In this document: positions 13,506 to 25,743 of the stretch, in pieces
Numbering within the stretch: position 1 is the stretch's first letter
Layout of the letters: each line of letters opens with the position of its first letter
Source of the DNA: Paragordius varius
Lineage: Eukaryota; Animalia; Nematomorpha
DNA length: 64,000 nt
Direction of reading: 5' to 3'
Assembly (NCBI GenBank): GCA_964247055.1
Contig: OZ176050.1
Span: 4,774,001 to 4,838,000 of the forward strand
Notes under the pieces: model-generated
Told to the model about the DNA's origin: nothing
What the model saw: the letters and a program-made list of their open reading frames with translations, nothing else
Database searches by the model: none
Position numbers and translations under genes: made by a program

Positions 13506-14957
13506 TTATGGTATTAAAAGCTTATCATAGTTTTCGACAGCCTTTCCAGCATAATAAAACCCTAACATTGCCGTTAAGGTTGTTAAATGCGCTCTTATAT
13601 CTGAATGAAATATGAATTTGCACATATAGATATGAGCAATTTGCCGGTTAGCAAAAATATACATTGTGGTTAGGATTGAGAACATGAGTAAATATGTCCA
13701 AAGTATATCACTCAGGAATCTTGTGAGCCAATTAAATTTGGTTTTTGGCATTATCACTGTTTCTATCCAACGTTCAGCCAAAAGCAAAATTGCGTTTATG
13801 AAGCAACCTAAAAAAATGTTGAGTGTAAGGCCATGCCATAACCATACAAAGGCAAATGATAAAAATGTGGCTGTAACTGTATCCCAGATATCATGAGTTT
13901 TAGATTTTGATCTGTCCTCCAAATAAGGTTTATATATATGGGACTTTATAAATGTGTACAATCCATAATCAAAGTATTTCCACATCATGGAGTACTTGAA
14001 TGGCCTGGTGACACAAATAGGGGCAAAGTATTTCAACAAATTGCGTTTATTTCCCCAAACTTTTGTTTTGTTATCGGTAAGAGGGTTGAATTTTGTTTCA
14101 TGGTTAAAATTAATTCCTTCAGTTTCTTTGAACATCCATAATTTTTGGTAGTAAAAAGAATTGAAACCCCATATTACCGTGTATTTTAAATGCAAAATGT
14201 GAAAATAGGAATATAGAACACCGGCTAACTCCCATCTTGAACTGTGGCTAACCACATCAGGATACTCTAAATAACGTGTATTATGGAAGAATCTAGGTAA
14301 TATATATTGCAACAATACAGTATAACCTAATAACTTAAGTACAATTTTAGCAACCTTTCCCCATTCGATTTTTTCAATTTTGATGCTAGAATTTGCATTA
14401 ATGGCATAGATATCATAGGGAATATATGGACCGAATAGATTGGTTGGATAATCTAACAAGTAATTTAAGATTAGGATATTATCAGCATCAAAAAAAATTT
14501 TAGGTGAAATCTTTTTTGATACATTCACCAATTTAAGGCATAAAATAATGTACAAATTTTGAGATTGAATATCCAAACGCCCCCAAAAAATTAATATATT
14601 CAATGCGATAAACAAGGAAAAAATATACAGTATTTTATCAACTTTTATTTGGATTAAAATAAAGATTAGGATGAACAGTATCAATGGATAACTTGCAGTA
14701 GTAAATAGGTATAATAAATTCAATACAAAAATCATGTAAATATTTGGGCATATTAAATGTAATACAAAATGCAATAAAAGTTTGGGAAAGTTGTCTAGCC
14801 AAAATTTCCATTCCGAATCTGATACATCCAAAAAGGAGTTTGATGATAATATGTTTGATAAATATCGAGTCGAAACACTGGAATATATTAGTGAGTTAAC
14901 AGCGCACAATGCATAAAATAAAATAAAAAATATTTTAAAATAGAATTCCCGGGGCAT
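13506..14957 (-). CDS. HHAT: MBOAT-family protein-cysteine N-palmitoyltransferase, Hedgehog acyltransferase (HHAT/Rasp)-like, single exon, 483 aa
   Basis: ATG-started 483-aa ORF with many TM segments. HHAT-type motifs YSMMWKYFDYGLYTFIKSHIYKP and FAFVWLWHG (MBOAT catalytic His present). Confidence 0.85.
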   Translation of the reverse strand: MPREFYFKIFFILFYALCAVNSLIYSSVSTRYLSNILSSNSFLDVSDSEWKFWLDNFPKLLLHFVLHLICPNIYMIFVLNLLYLFTTASYPLILFILIFILIQIKVDKILYIFSLFIALNILIFWGRLDIQSQNLYIILCLKLVNVSKKISPKIFFDADNILILNYLLDYPTNLFGPYIPYDIYAINANSSIKIEKIEWGKVAKIVLKLLGYTVLLQYILPRFFHNTRYLEYPDVVSHSSRWELAGVLYSYFHILHLKYTVIWGFNSFYYQKLWMFKETEGINFNHETKFNPLTDNKTKVWGNKRNLLKYFAPICVTRPFKYSMMWKYFDYGLYTFIKSHIYKPYLEDRSKSKTHDIWDTVTATFLSFAFVWLWHGLTLNIFLGCFINAILLLAERWIETVIMPKTKFNWLTRFLSDILWTYLLMFSILTTMYIFANRQIAHIYMCKFIFHSDIRAHLTTLTAMLGFYYAGKAVENYDKLLIP

Positions 14958-15254
14958 GTGAAAAACATAAGATTATGCGAATATCCACTTACACTGTGTC
15001 CCAAAAAAATAATTTGATGAAATGTATTTATGATAGAAAAATGTATCAAGATTATTATCATGGTGTTTTTGGCTTTGGCCTTTACGCGTGATATAAGAAA
15101 CACTTTTGTGGTACTCCATAATAGAAAATGGCAAATTTAAAATATTTGTAATATTTTTTTGTAAAAGCTATGTATTCTAAAAATTATCACTAAATGATAT
15201 CATAAATACCAATAAAAAGCGAAATAATATTTATAAAATATTTTATTTATTAGA

Positions 15255-16620
15255 TGTAGTCTCCCAAAATCCCAAATTTTTTTAATTTTCTAAAAGGGGC
15301 TAGTTTTTTTAAAATCAAAATGCCGGGATTGCGCAATAAATTTTAAAAATTATGCTAAATTTTGACTTTAAAAAAAAATTTTTTTAAAAAATTACATAAT
15401 TTCACAAAAATATAATATGTAGCAAAATTTGTAGCCAAGTTCATCCTTTTTTAGGCATGATGAAAACGATACAAGAACGCTTTTAGACATTTTAAAAACA
15501 CTTTTTCTATATAATTGATGATGCTGAACATTTCTATTGTCTAATAATTTTGAATAAAATGCTATGTCTTCTTTATGTCAAATGTTAATTGTTATATATA
15601 TATATTTACCAAAATTTGAACAAACCTTTAACACCTCTATTCAAATTGAGGGATCTAACCCCAAACAATGTTTAAGTTCATATTTTTAAATAAAATACTG
15701 AAAGACATGTTCTAATTTTAATTTATGCTTTTATCCTAATTTAAATTATATAAATAAGCCAAAATATATAAACAAAATTAGTTTTGAGAAAAAAGTTTTG
15801 TATCAATTTATTTGGAGGCCATTTTTATTTAACCATTTTTGCAAAATATCGTGTTTATTTCATTCTAAACTTAAAATCAAGTTTAATTTTTATTAAAATC
15901 ACATTTAACATTGATATAAACAGATAAAGTGGTATATTTTGCTTTATTTCTATATTTAGCTTATGCACACATGTCTTGTTGGCTAAATTTTATCTTTAGG
16001 TTTTACCTCTAAAGAAGCAATATCATATATTTTTGAAAGAAATATTTTTTATGTCGGGTCATTTATGATAAATAAGTGCCAACTTTTGCCATGATTTCGA
16101 TTTATTCTATATTTTTGAAATATATAATATACATGCCTGGGGTATTTAACTACCCCAAATCGAATCGAAGGACTTGTTGTATTCAAGTGTTAATATAATT
16201 CTGAAGCGATAGAAATGATCAGCAATCAAATTATATGCAAAAATATTTTTACAATATCTAAAAGCGTTTTTATACCGTTGCCATCCTGCTAAAAATAGTA
16301 GGAAGAACGCTTAATAAAATTTTGTTAAAAAATGAATTTTTTTTGTCATCTATTTTAAATTTATCGTATACCGGCATTTTTGCGTTAATTTAGAATAACT
16401 ACCCCTTTTTCAGATCAAAAAAATTGCTTCGGAGCCCATATCTAAAAGTTATTAAATTATTTTAAATATATTGTTTTGCTTTTTATAGGTAGTTTATGAT
16501 ATATTTTGTGGATAATTTTTGGAATATTTTGCTTTCATAAAAAAAATTATTTAAAAAAAGTGCGCAAATTTTGCCATTTATGGAAAACACTTACCATAAA
16601 ATGTAAATAACTTTCTTTTA
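15255..16620. mobile_element. Long palindromic non-autonomous element (family A), interrupted centrally by a TTAA MITE; boundaries approximate
   Basis: 15420-15560 is the reverse complement of ~16200-16330. Blocks at 15300-15380, 15460-15560, 16240-16330, 16420-16450 and 16555-16585 match the copy at 62410-63130 in the same order (e.g. AAAAGTGCGCAA(A/G)TTTTGCCATTT). Confidence 0.7.
15632..16188. mobile_element. TTAA-targeting MITE (piggyBac-like termini CAC...GTG), family B
   Basis: TTAA|CACCTC ... TTCAAGTG|TTAA. It carries the internal GGGGTATTTAACTACCCCAAAT..GAATCGAAGGAC motif and is colinear with the copies at 59453-60591. Confidence 0.8.
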
Positions 16621-17660
16621 AAGCTCGTAAGAGGCAAACATGCACCATAATAATCCTAATACATTTACTTATCAAAACCGTTATTAAACTACTTTCTTCG
16701 GTAAAAAATCTTTTATTTAACACAGGAAAACCTTAACCAAAACACTTTTCAAAACATTTTTTTTTAAATTTTAGGTTCTCGGATATAAAAACACCGACTT
16801 AAAATTAAATCGCCAAAAAGATAATTTACATAGCAGGAGGCTTTTCCAGATTATTTTAATGACAAGTAATTTTTTGTTATTGCGACAAGAGAACTTCATT
16901 TAGAAGAGTTAATATAGTGTTTTTTTCTATATTTCAAAAATGGCGTAAATAAATAATTAAAATGGAAATATGTTTTAGGACACTAAACGTAAATAAATAA
17001 ATAAGACTCAGATTGTGAAACTTCATTATTACTCTTATTGTGTTATGTTAGGGGTTATTAAAAAAAATTTTAACTTAAATACTCCCTTACTTTTAATTTC
17101 ATATAAATAATAGACATTTACATGTTTTTGCCAAGCTGGAATTACAAAACACTAATATATTCAAAAATGTTCTTACAATTTTGTTATTTATAAATTCTAA
17201 ATAGTACAATCCCAATAAAATAAAGAGTTATTTGTAATCAAAACTAAATCAAAAGCATTAAAAAATTAATTTATTTTACTATCATATATTTTATTTGTCC
17301 GGGAAATTCAACAAAAAATTAAAAAAAATGGTTGACGGTCTATAAATATTTTTTAATTTTACTTTTAAAAATATTTTCAATATAATGAGTACCATAGAAC
17401 TATTTTTAAATGGCTCAATGATATGGATTTTTTTGAAGTTTTATTTAGATACTCGAAGGTAATGAAGGATAACTGACTAAAAATTAATTTGTTATGGATA
17501 TATTGTGTATACATCAAACGATAGATCTTAATAATGACTATATACGCAATATAAAATATATTTATTTGTAAAAATAAAAAAACAGTGCAATATTAGATGT
17601 ATAAGGTGCTATTTCATATAAATAAAGGGTTCACATTTGAGCATTTGATTTTAGTTGCTA

Positions 17661-20118
17661 TTAATTAACTTTGTTAAAATATTCTTGCGAATCCACCGGG
17701 TTAGGTTTAATTGTAGGAGAATCAGGAGTCCAGTTAGCAGGACAGACTATTATAAAGACATATATTAGCCACAAATAATTTATTATTAATAATAGCTGCA
17801 CAATAATAATATATAATGTGAGAATTTGGACAAGATGCTAACTAACTCGATATATATTACACGCATAACAGATACTTATAATAGATCATAATTTTAAAAT
17901 AGGATTCTCGCTTTTCACGATCTCGTCATAATTATGTCAATTTATTGCGTTCTTTTAAACAATCGAAAATATCAGATTTTGGAAAGTTATAAAACAGCTT
18001 TTATTAAGAAATTGATCGACAATATTATATATATTACTAAAACTTTTGCCTTTAAACAGGAAATACGTGGAGTCCTTATTGAATTTTTATGGTCTCATAC
18101 CTTGGGCGAAAAATAGAATCAAAAAATTATTTTTGTGGACTTTGTATTGAAATAAATGGCATTTTACGGGGGGAGCGGGTAAAAAGAGGGCCTAAATTAA
18201 AAAAGCGAGCCGACTATGTTCGGCGCAATCGAAAAATAAGTAAACAAAAATTATATTTGAAATTGAATGGTTCAACACGTTTTCTGGAAAATTGTCTCAA
18301 AGACACGATTTTTGTGGACTTCTGTTTTCAAAAAAACCGTTTTTTACACGGGGTGGGCCCGAACTGGGGGCCTAATTTTAAAAAAAGAGCGAAGCTAATG
18401 CCGCGGCATTCATTAATGATTATAATTTTTGGATATTTGGATTTGAATGGGTCCACCGGTTTTCCGGAAACAGATAACAAAGCCAGTATTTTCCATTTTT
18501 ATAAATATATAAATTTGTTTTTAAGGATTAGATTTTAATTTTTCAAAAACCTATATATTCAAACGAATTACAGTGGATTAAATAAAAGAATATTTAAAGT
18601 AAAGAAATTAATATTAGGAGTAAGAAAATGAATATTAGTGAAAACAAAAAAGAAACAAAGGGCCATGATGCATGAATAAAGTATTACCATGCCCATCAAA
18701 TAAAACTAATGAAGGGAGAATATCACGTAGTAGTTTGGTAACATACTCAATACTCCAATCGGTATGGTAATGCTTACTCGTGCACCATGGCCCTTTGTTT
18801 TTTTATTTCCACTAATATTCATTTTTTTACTCCTGATATTAATTTATTTATTACAAATATTCTTTTATTTAATCCACTGTAATAACATAATTAGATAAAG
18901 CTTAGCTATGTGCAACCATCAAATAGGCCCTTATAGGGTGCGTTATTTGGTTATATAAATTAATTTACAAAAATTAGTTTTAAGTTGCAATGCAAAAGAG
19001 AAAAAGATTGCATTGCCGATAGACTTATACAATTTAGAATTAAAAAATAAATTACCTTCTCCATGCTTTTCTACAAATTGAAAGGCCTTTAATAATCTGA
19101 GAGTTTCGTCCACAGATCGACCAACAGGCAAATCATTTACGCTCATATGTTTTACGATACCATTTGGATCGATTAGAAACAAACCCCTATAAACAGGCCC
19201 CATAAAAATTTTAAAAAAATTAAAATAAAAATTAAAACATAAATTTATAAAAAGTAAGGACTAACCACACCTTTTACTTTAAATGGCCCCTATACAAATG
19301 ACAAGCCGCCTGTAAAAAACAGCGGGTTGGATGTGGGCATTAATATATAGTTTATTAGATTTTAAAAAGAAAACTTAAAAAATAACGGATACACTATATA
19401 TTTTATCTTTGTCTAGTTCGTTTCCAAAATTTAGATATACTTGCTCAACAATCTTTTAATAAATATTAATTAAGATTATTTTACAGTATTTTAGCGAAAA
19501 TATTTTATATTTATTTCCAAATTTTTCGTAGACAGCATAAAATATCTCTAAAGGTTGAATGCAGTCTGCGAATTGACTTTACCAACAATAATTAAAATAC
19601 AAAACAAAATACTGTATGCCATATCATATTAGTAAAAACCTCAATGCTACTCCCATCGTATCCAATAAAACACCATAATCTCGGGATATATTCTTGTTGT
19701 AATCAGAAAGTAAGGGAATATTCATTTTCCCTAAACCTCCTGACTTTCTGGGCGTATTTATCCATGCAAGATGACTAAAATGGGAATCAGTTGATGCGGC
19801 TATTACTTCAGTGTTTAACGATTTAAATTCATGTGCACGATCACTAAAAGCTATTATTTCCGTTGGACATACAAAGGTACTATTTATATAGAATATATTT
19901 ATTGTGATTTATATAAATCCGAATATCAAAATAATTACTTACAAATCAAGTGGGTAAAAAAACAGTACAACATATTTGCCTTTGTAATCCGTCAATTGAA
20001 TTTCTTTAAACTGACCATTAACAACAGCCTGACCTTTAAAATTTGGAGCTGCCCTCTGAACCTGACAAAAATGTCGTGCTAAATTATTACCAATAATTTT
20101 TTGAAATGAGCGAAGCAT
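17661..20118 (-). CDS. PRDX3: Typical 2-Cys peroxiredoxin, mitochondrial type, 210 aa. Exons: 20118-19943, 19879-19640, 19186-19056, 17746-17661
   Basis: Arg-containing transit-like N-terminus [17 protein letters not shown]. Peroxidatic motif [25 protein letters not shown], and resolving motif [24 protein letters not shown]. 633 nt in frame. Confidence 0.95.
18571..18879. mobile_element. Tc1/mariner-type MITE, 309 bp, long terminal inverted repeats, TA TSD (PRDX3 intron 3)
   Basis: TA|CAGTGGATTAAATAAAAGAATATT ... AATATTCTTTTATTTAATCCACTG|TA. The arms pair over ~130 bp. Confidence 0.88.
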
Positions 20119-22480
20119 GGTTGCCAGAGAGTTGAAAATATGACTTTATAATATTACCCCGGTGCATTTATTTATACTTAATTACCCTTAAATTTTTATA
20201 TGAATAATACATATTAGTATTATATGAAATTGGCTTGGACATTTATATAAATATATTGTTTTGCCTAAATATTATCAACATTATGGATAAATATATAGAA
20301 AGTAGAAGGGCTTTACGATAATTTTTGAGTGCCTTTAAATTTCAAAGATAAAATTTTTAAATTTATAATTACGTCAGGGGTGAGTTTTTATTTGAATTGG
20401 CCTCGTTTTTCTATAAATAATTTAAAAATGGTTTTTTATAACATTTCCTTACATTTTCTTTTTTTATGTCACAGAGCTTAATCTTTTAAAGACTATTGTT
20501 TCAAAAGTTGTTCTGGTTAAAATTTAATTAACTTTGTTTCCTGTTAATAGATTATAATTTTAACAGTTGTAAGTAATCAACTCCATAACATGATTAGAAT
20601 AAACAGCTTATTAAAAATCGATAAATATCAAATATTTGGTGGCAAAACGTAACCGAAAAATACTATTTGCCTGTTGTATCAGTGATTAAAAAAAAATAAA
20701 CAAAAAAATAGCTACGACGAGAAAATTTTGGAAGCATGTGCCAAAAAAGGTGGATAAAGCATATTTTTTAATTTGCCCTAATTTCTTAAATATTTTTTAA
20801 ATAATTAAATATGTAGCTCTGGGATATAAAACCACCCCAAAAGGTAATGATGCGTTCAAGACGAGAAGGCTCACTCTATTAAATATCTTTTTCAGAGATT
20901 CTTCAAATGTGACTATACCATTTTAAATAAGCCTTTCAGTTTTCCATCAATTAGGTTATTAAAACAATTATTAGGTTTGTGGCGAATTTGCGGAAAACCT
21001 GGACACCCTATTGTAAATGTGATTATTTTATATTTACGATGAAGGTGACTAGCCATTTATTTGATTTAAATCCTCAGCTTACGCCCACTCGTGGGAAAAT
21101 GCGTTTTTGAAAAAATATTGGATTACATAATTTCCAAGAGCATGGCCAATTAAACCTTTAATAATATATATTGTGGCCGAAGGTGTAGCGACTTGATTAA
21201 ATAGCCTCCCAGTTTATCTCTCTCAAAATATTGAAATATTGAAATATTGATTTTGAAATTCCGGAAAAAGTGAGGCCTATTTGAAATTAATAATGAATGA
21301 TATTAAATGCACCATTGATGAATAATTCATTTTGATACTCTCGTTTTAATCAACACTATAGAGTTTTAAAATTGGTTCCGAAGCAATTTCCTGTAAACCG
21401 TAACCTGTTCAAATTAAAAAAAAATCCAAAAAAATGCATCGAGGATGACTGAGCCACTATTTTAACTCTTTATTTAGCCGCTACCTAAAATCATGTTTTT
21501 TGCAAAGAACTAAATCTTCTCCAAAAAACATTAATCAATATTTTGGTAAATATAGAGTGGATTCCCCAATGGTCACACCTATTTGTTTAATTTAAATAAA
21601 GATTATTTTTGATTGATCCTGTTTAATCCGGTATCTGTAAAATCCACCTCGAAATAATGCTACCGTGTAAATACTTTTTTGATTCGTGTAAGCTCATTCA
21701 TAACTAGGGTCGGATTGAGTAAATATTTATAGCCCATGAATTCGTTTTATCTTACACAGTCGGCACATAACATATTCTATTGATATACATATATTCTAAT
21801 AGATATAGGATTTTAATGGTGCTTTGGTTTTGGGTTTTAAGAATGATAAAAATATTAACACTTAGTGGTGATTTCTCCATATCAAAAAATTCATTTGCGC
21901 ATAAAATTTTTTGCTGAAAGCTATATACTTCATTCCAAAAAATATAATTAATAATTTTAGGATATATCGATATCGAGAAATTACCATTAAAATTTTCTTA
22001 TATCACTCGTAAGCCCCAAACCAATGATACATTTATTTAAAGATATATATATTTCATCAGGTTTTGTTTTATAACTTCTGATTCTGTGTGCAGTGTTATG
22101 TGTAAATACATTATCATAATTCAAATCTTTTAACCTTTTCAGAAAATGATATTTACACATAAGTTATACTATGGCACATGTGTATGATGATAAAAACATG
22201 GGTTAATGCGAGATGCCTAAACGGATGTTCTTTAGTTTATTACAAATCTTTATTAGGCCCATTTACTAATTATCGTTTAGCCTGGATCACAACCACGCGT
22301 AGTCAATTATGCTAAAATTACTATCTTTTGCAAATTGAACCGGTTAAATGATAATATCGGATCAAAGTATTAGTCATTTTTTAAAACTATTAAAAAGTGC
22401 GTCTGGCGACCAATCTGAGGTCTAGCGAAAATATTTTATAATATTAATATAATCAAGTATAGAAATAGAATACCGTATAA

Positions 22481-24408
22481 CAGTGATACTCAAACCGCGG
22501 CCCGCGGGCCGCATGCGGCCCTAAGAGTACTTTAAAATTGCCCTATGACCAAATAGATACATAAATTATTTTTTTGATGAATTTTTAAAATACACATAAA
22601 CGACGTATTTTAATATTAATTTATTTTTTTTAATTTAATTTCGGTATTTTTTATTTTTTACTCAATTTGAAATTTAGAAAAATTTTCCTAGATTAAAATA
22701 ATTTCAAAATTTTGGTACACGTTGTTTTTCTGTATTTTATTTTATTTTCTGTTTTAAAATTTTTATTGCATTCCTTTTTTGTAAAGCAAGCCTTTCACCC
22801 AAACTTGCATATTCTTTTCATTGATATCTTACATCATTTTCTGATACTCATTTGCATAAAATATTTTTCAAATCAACATCATTAAATTTCGTCCTGTTTT
22901 TTTATAGCATATTTAAATTATATATCTATTTTTTTTTAAAAAAAATTACATAATATTTAAACATAAATTAAAAGGATGACATCTAATGCTAAAAAACGTA
23001 AATTATCTGATGAAAATCGCTCCTTTAAAAAAGAATAGGAAGAAAATTTTTTTGTCGTTTTTAAAAAATGTTGTTACCTTCCTTATATGTAAGGACCACA
23101 TAATTATAAAAAATACAATATGAAAAGACATCTCAATGTGCGCTCTTCGTGAGATTTTGCAACGACAACATAATCAACGAGTATACCAATGAATAATACC
23201 ACGAAAAGAAGTAATTTCCTAGAAATAATTAGCATTTTTTTCGATAATAATGGTATATGTATCAAAAATTTGGTTTTGTCCACAGACGGGTGTCCCTCTA
23301 TCATTGGAATAAACAAAGGATTTATTCCCCTTTTAAAAACAAATATAATTTGCAAAATATTTTATCCGTTTACTGCTTTATTCATCAGCAACTTGGTTTC
23401 GTGTATAAAAGATGAATCACTTAATTAAGTATTAAAACGATTGTGGATATAGTTAACATCCGTGGCAAAGAATTCAACGGCCGTAAATTCAAAAACCTTC
23501 TGAAAGATATCCACAGTGAATTTGACCATATTTGTACATCGCTGTGCGAGCTTAGCCTTACCAAAGTATTAAATAGATTTTTTGTTTCAAGGCATGAAAT
23601 TCTATTGTTTACAAAAGATACTTGAGCATTTCGGTTTTATAGGCTCATATCATTAAAGAATTCGTAGAACTTAAAAATGATTTCAGGGGGCTATATTCAA
23701 AAAGAATCGTGGGGAAGAAAGATATGTAGAGCTTTGGCAAGATGTGTCAAATAAATGTGATAATATAAGAAAATGTGCTCAAGTTATCTTAACTGTTTCA
23801 ACTTATACGTGTGAGGCGGCATACTCAAAATTAAAGTATGCCAAGAATACATACAGAAATCGCTTAACCGATGATCATATGGACGACGTATTAAGATTGG
23901 CCTGTCATGAAGCGAAACCAAATTTGTCAAAAATTATTGGTTAATAGCAAAATAAATGTTAACGAAATATTTTAATTTTTTAAATGGGGCAAAACGAGTT
24001 TTTATGGATTTACATGCGATTCGCATAAAATTCATTGTGCTGATTTAGAGTATAAATATGTGCATATGTGTCAAATAGCTATGGAATATTTGCCATTGGT
24101 TCATAGCCCTCAAAAAAATAATATATTTTATTTGGCCCGTCAAATTTTTTTGGTGAGTACCATGCCGTATATTATATGTTAGGGGTGAACATGCGGCCCG
24201 CATATGGCTCGCGAAAAATTTGGAATCTATAATTTGGCAATATATGCTTACGAAATCTTAGTAAAATTGATATTTCTTAAACAATTTTTCTAAATCAGTC
24301 TATTTAATTTGTGTTTGCATTTTACAGTCTTATGTGAGGAAGTCTTTCATAAATGCCCATATATATTTTAATAACCCCCGCGAAGCCATTGTTGGGCACC
24401 CACCCCTG
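22481..24408 (+). mobile_element. Degraded, internally deleted hAT transposon (Buster / GTF2IRD2-EPM2AIP1-like)
   Basis: Left end CAGTGATACTCAAACCGCGGCCCGCGGGCCGCATGCGGCCC, right end ...CACCCCTG. Both flanks fit NNNTANNN (CCGTATAA and ATCTAAAC) but are not identical. Confidence 0.85.
22976..23943 (+). pseudogene. hAT transposase remnant with stops, frameshifts and deletions
   Basis: Fragments: MTSNAKKRKLSDENRSFKKE*EENFF, KYNMKRH, LVLSTDGCPSIIG..KGF, VDIVNIRG...RKFKNLL, and the hAT dimerisation motif STYTCEAAYSKLKYAKNTYRNRLTDDHMDDVLRLA. Confidence 0.9.
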
Positions 24409-24699
24409 ATCTAAACAACCAAAGAAGTTTTAAAATAAAAAAACTCATTTAATCTTACCTTTAGGGGCAATAATTTAAATTGACTTGGTCGGAATATTTC
24501 ATTGAAATGCATAAATATTCCGCAAATGTAATATGCGGTTTGTTCAAGGTAAACAGTGGTTTCGTTTTCATACCTACGCCCTTTAGATAGCTAATAATAA
24601 ACCTAAATCTATAAAAACAAAGGGCTATATTAGATCATAAATGGCGAATAGTGTCTTTGATACGCCTTCAAAATCAATGAATTTGTTTTGATATGTCAT

Positions 24700-25290
24700 T
24701 TATGGATGTTATTAAACTTTGATCGAAGTCGATTTGTAGCTATTTCATAGGTGTGATTTTGACAGCTGCGGTTTTGTGTGTTGTATATCAACTGATGCAT
24801 TTTTACCTTAGTTTCTTTAGTTAAATTATCAACCCAACGCATTTTTCATCTACCGCGTTTTCTAGAACCTGCACTTTTCTCGACATTATACTCTACTTTT
24901 TTTTCTAGTTATGTGGCCGAAGTAAGAGCTTCATTTAGGAAGCCGTATAAGGATATTTTAGGTTGAATTTATCAAGAATTTCAATATTTTAAATTTTATC
25001 TTTTTAATTGATCTGAAGCAACTTTCTCCAACACCACATTTCTAAAGTATTAATATATCCTTCATCCCCCTTCTTTGGTGTCCAACTCTTTGCCAACGTA
25101 AAGCATGCTTAGAAAAATCAGAAATTTTACTAATCCGATGTTGGTTTTTGATGTCATGAGACGACAGTACATTGATATATTTTATCTCATTCGCTTTGGA
25201 GATTCTAATGTCTGGGCTGGACAGTAATTTGATTGTCCATTGTAAAGGTACTATATATATAATTTGTGAGTTTATGTGCATGATTTTTGT
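24700..25290 (-). mobile_element. RTE-clade non-LTR retrotransposon 3' remnant
   Basis: Minus-strand translation fragments SWTPKKGDEGYINTLEMWCWRKLLQI, FGHITR and GSRKRGR*KMRWVDNL, typical of the RTE ORF C-terminus, with stops. Boundaries approximate. Confidence 0.75.
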
Positions 25291-25743
25291 TTTACTATTG
25301 ATGGTTAAACGGAAGTTTAGATATTCGTTGGTGTTTGATAACTATATTTCAGCTTCATAGTGCTGTAAAAGCAAAACTGTTTTATTAAAGTATTTTGGCA
25401 AACTGTGTTCCATTTATATATGAATGCGATCATAGTCGTTAGGCCTTATTTTTTTAATTTTCCATGTGTATACATAGAATGTCCAGAAATACAATTTTTT
25501 GATCGTCAGTTTCAAAAATAAAATTCTAATATAATTTTAGTTATTGAGATTAAGCATCATAAAATAGAATAATTGATTGAAAACAAAATGATAAAAACAA
25601 AATTTAAATCCCTCATTAGTAATTATATTTGATGTCAAATCAATAAATATTTATTTTGTGTAGTATACACTCTATTCACATAGATTATATCAGGAAAATA
25701 CAGATTTTTATATTGATTAACATATAGAATATAAAGATTGTTA

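Noticed and set aside
18089-18538. 149-aa plus-strand ORF with relatively high GC
   Set aside because: It lies antisense in PRDX3 intron 3, consists of a degenerate ~180-bp internal duplication (TTTTTGTGGACTT...GGGCCTAA) and shows no recognisable domain. Most likely a repeat-derived spurious ORF.
20300-22470. Possible snoRNA or MITE-like segments between PRDX3 and the hAT relic
   Set aside because: Only isolated C/D-box-like words and weak inverted repeats; not supportable without covariance-model or repeat searches.
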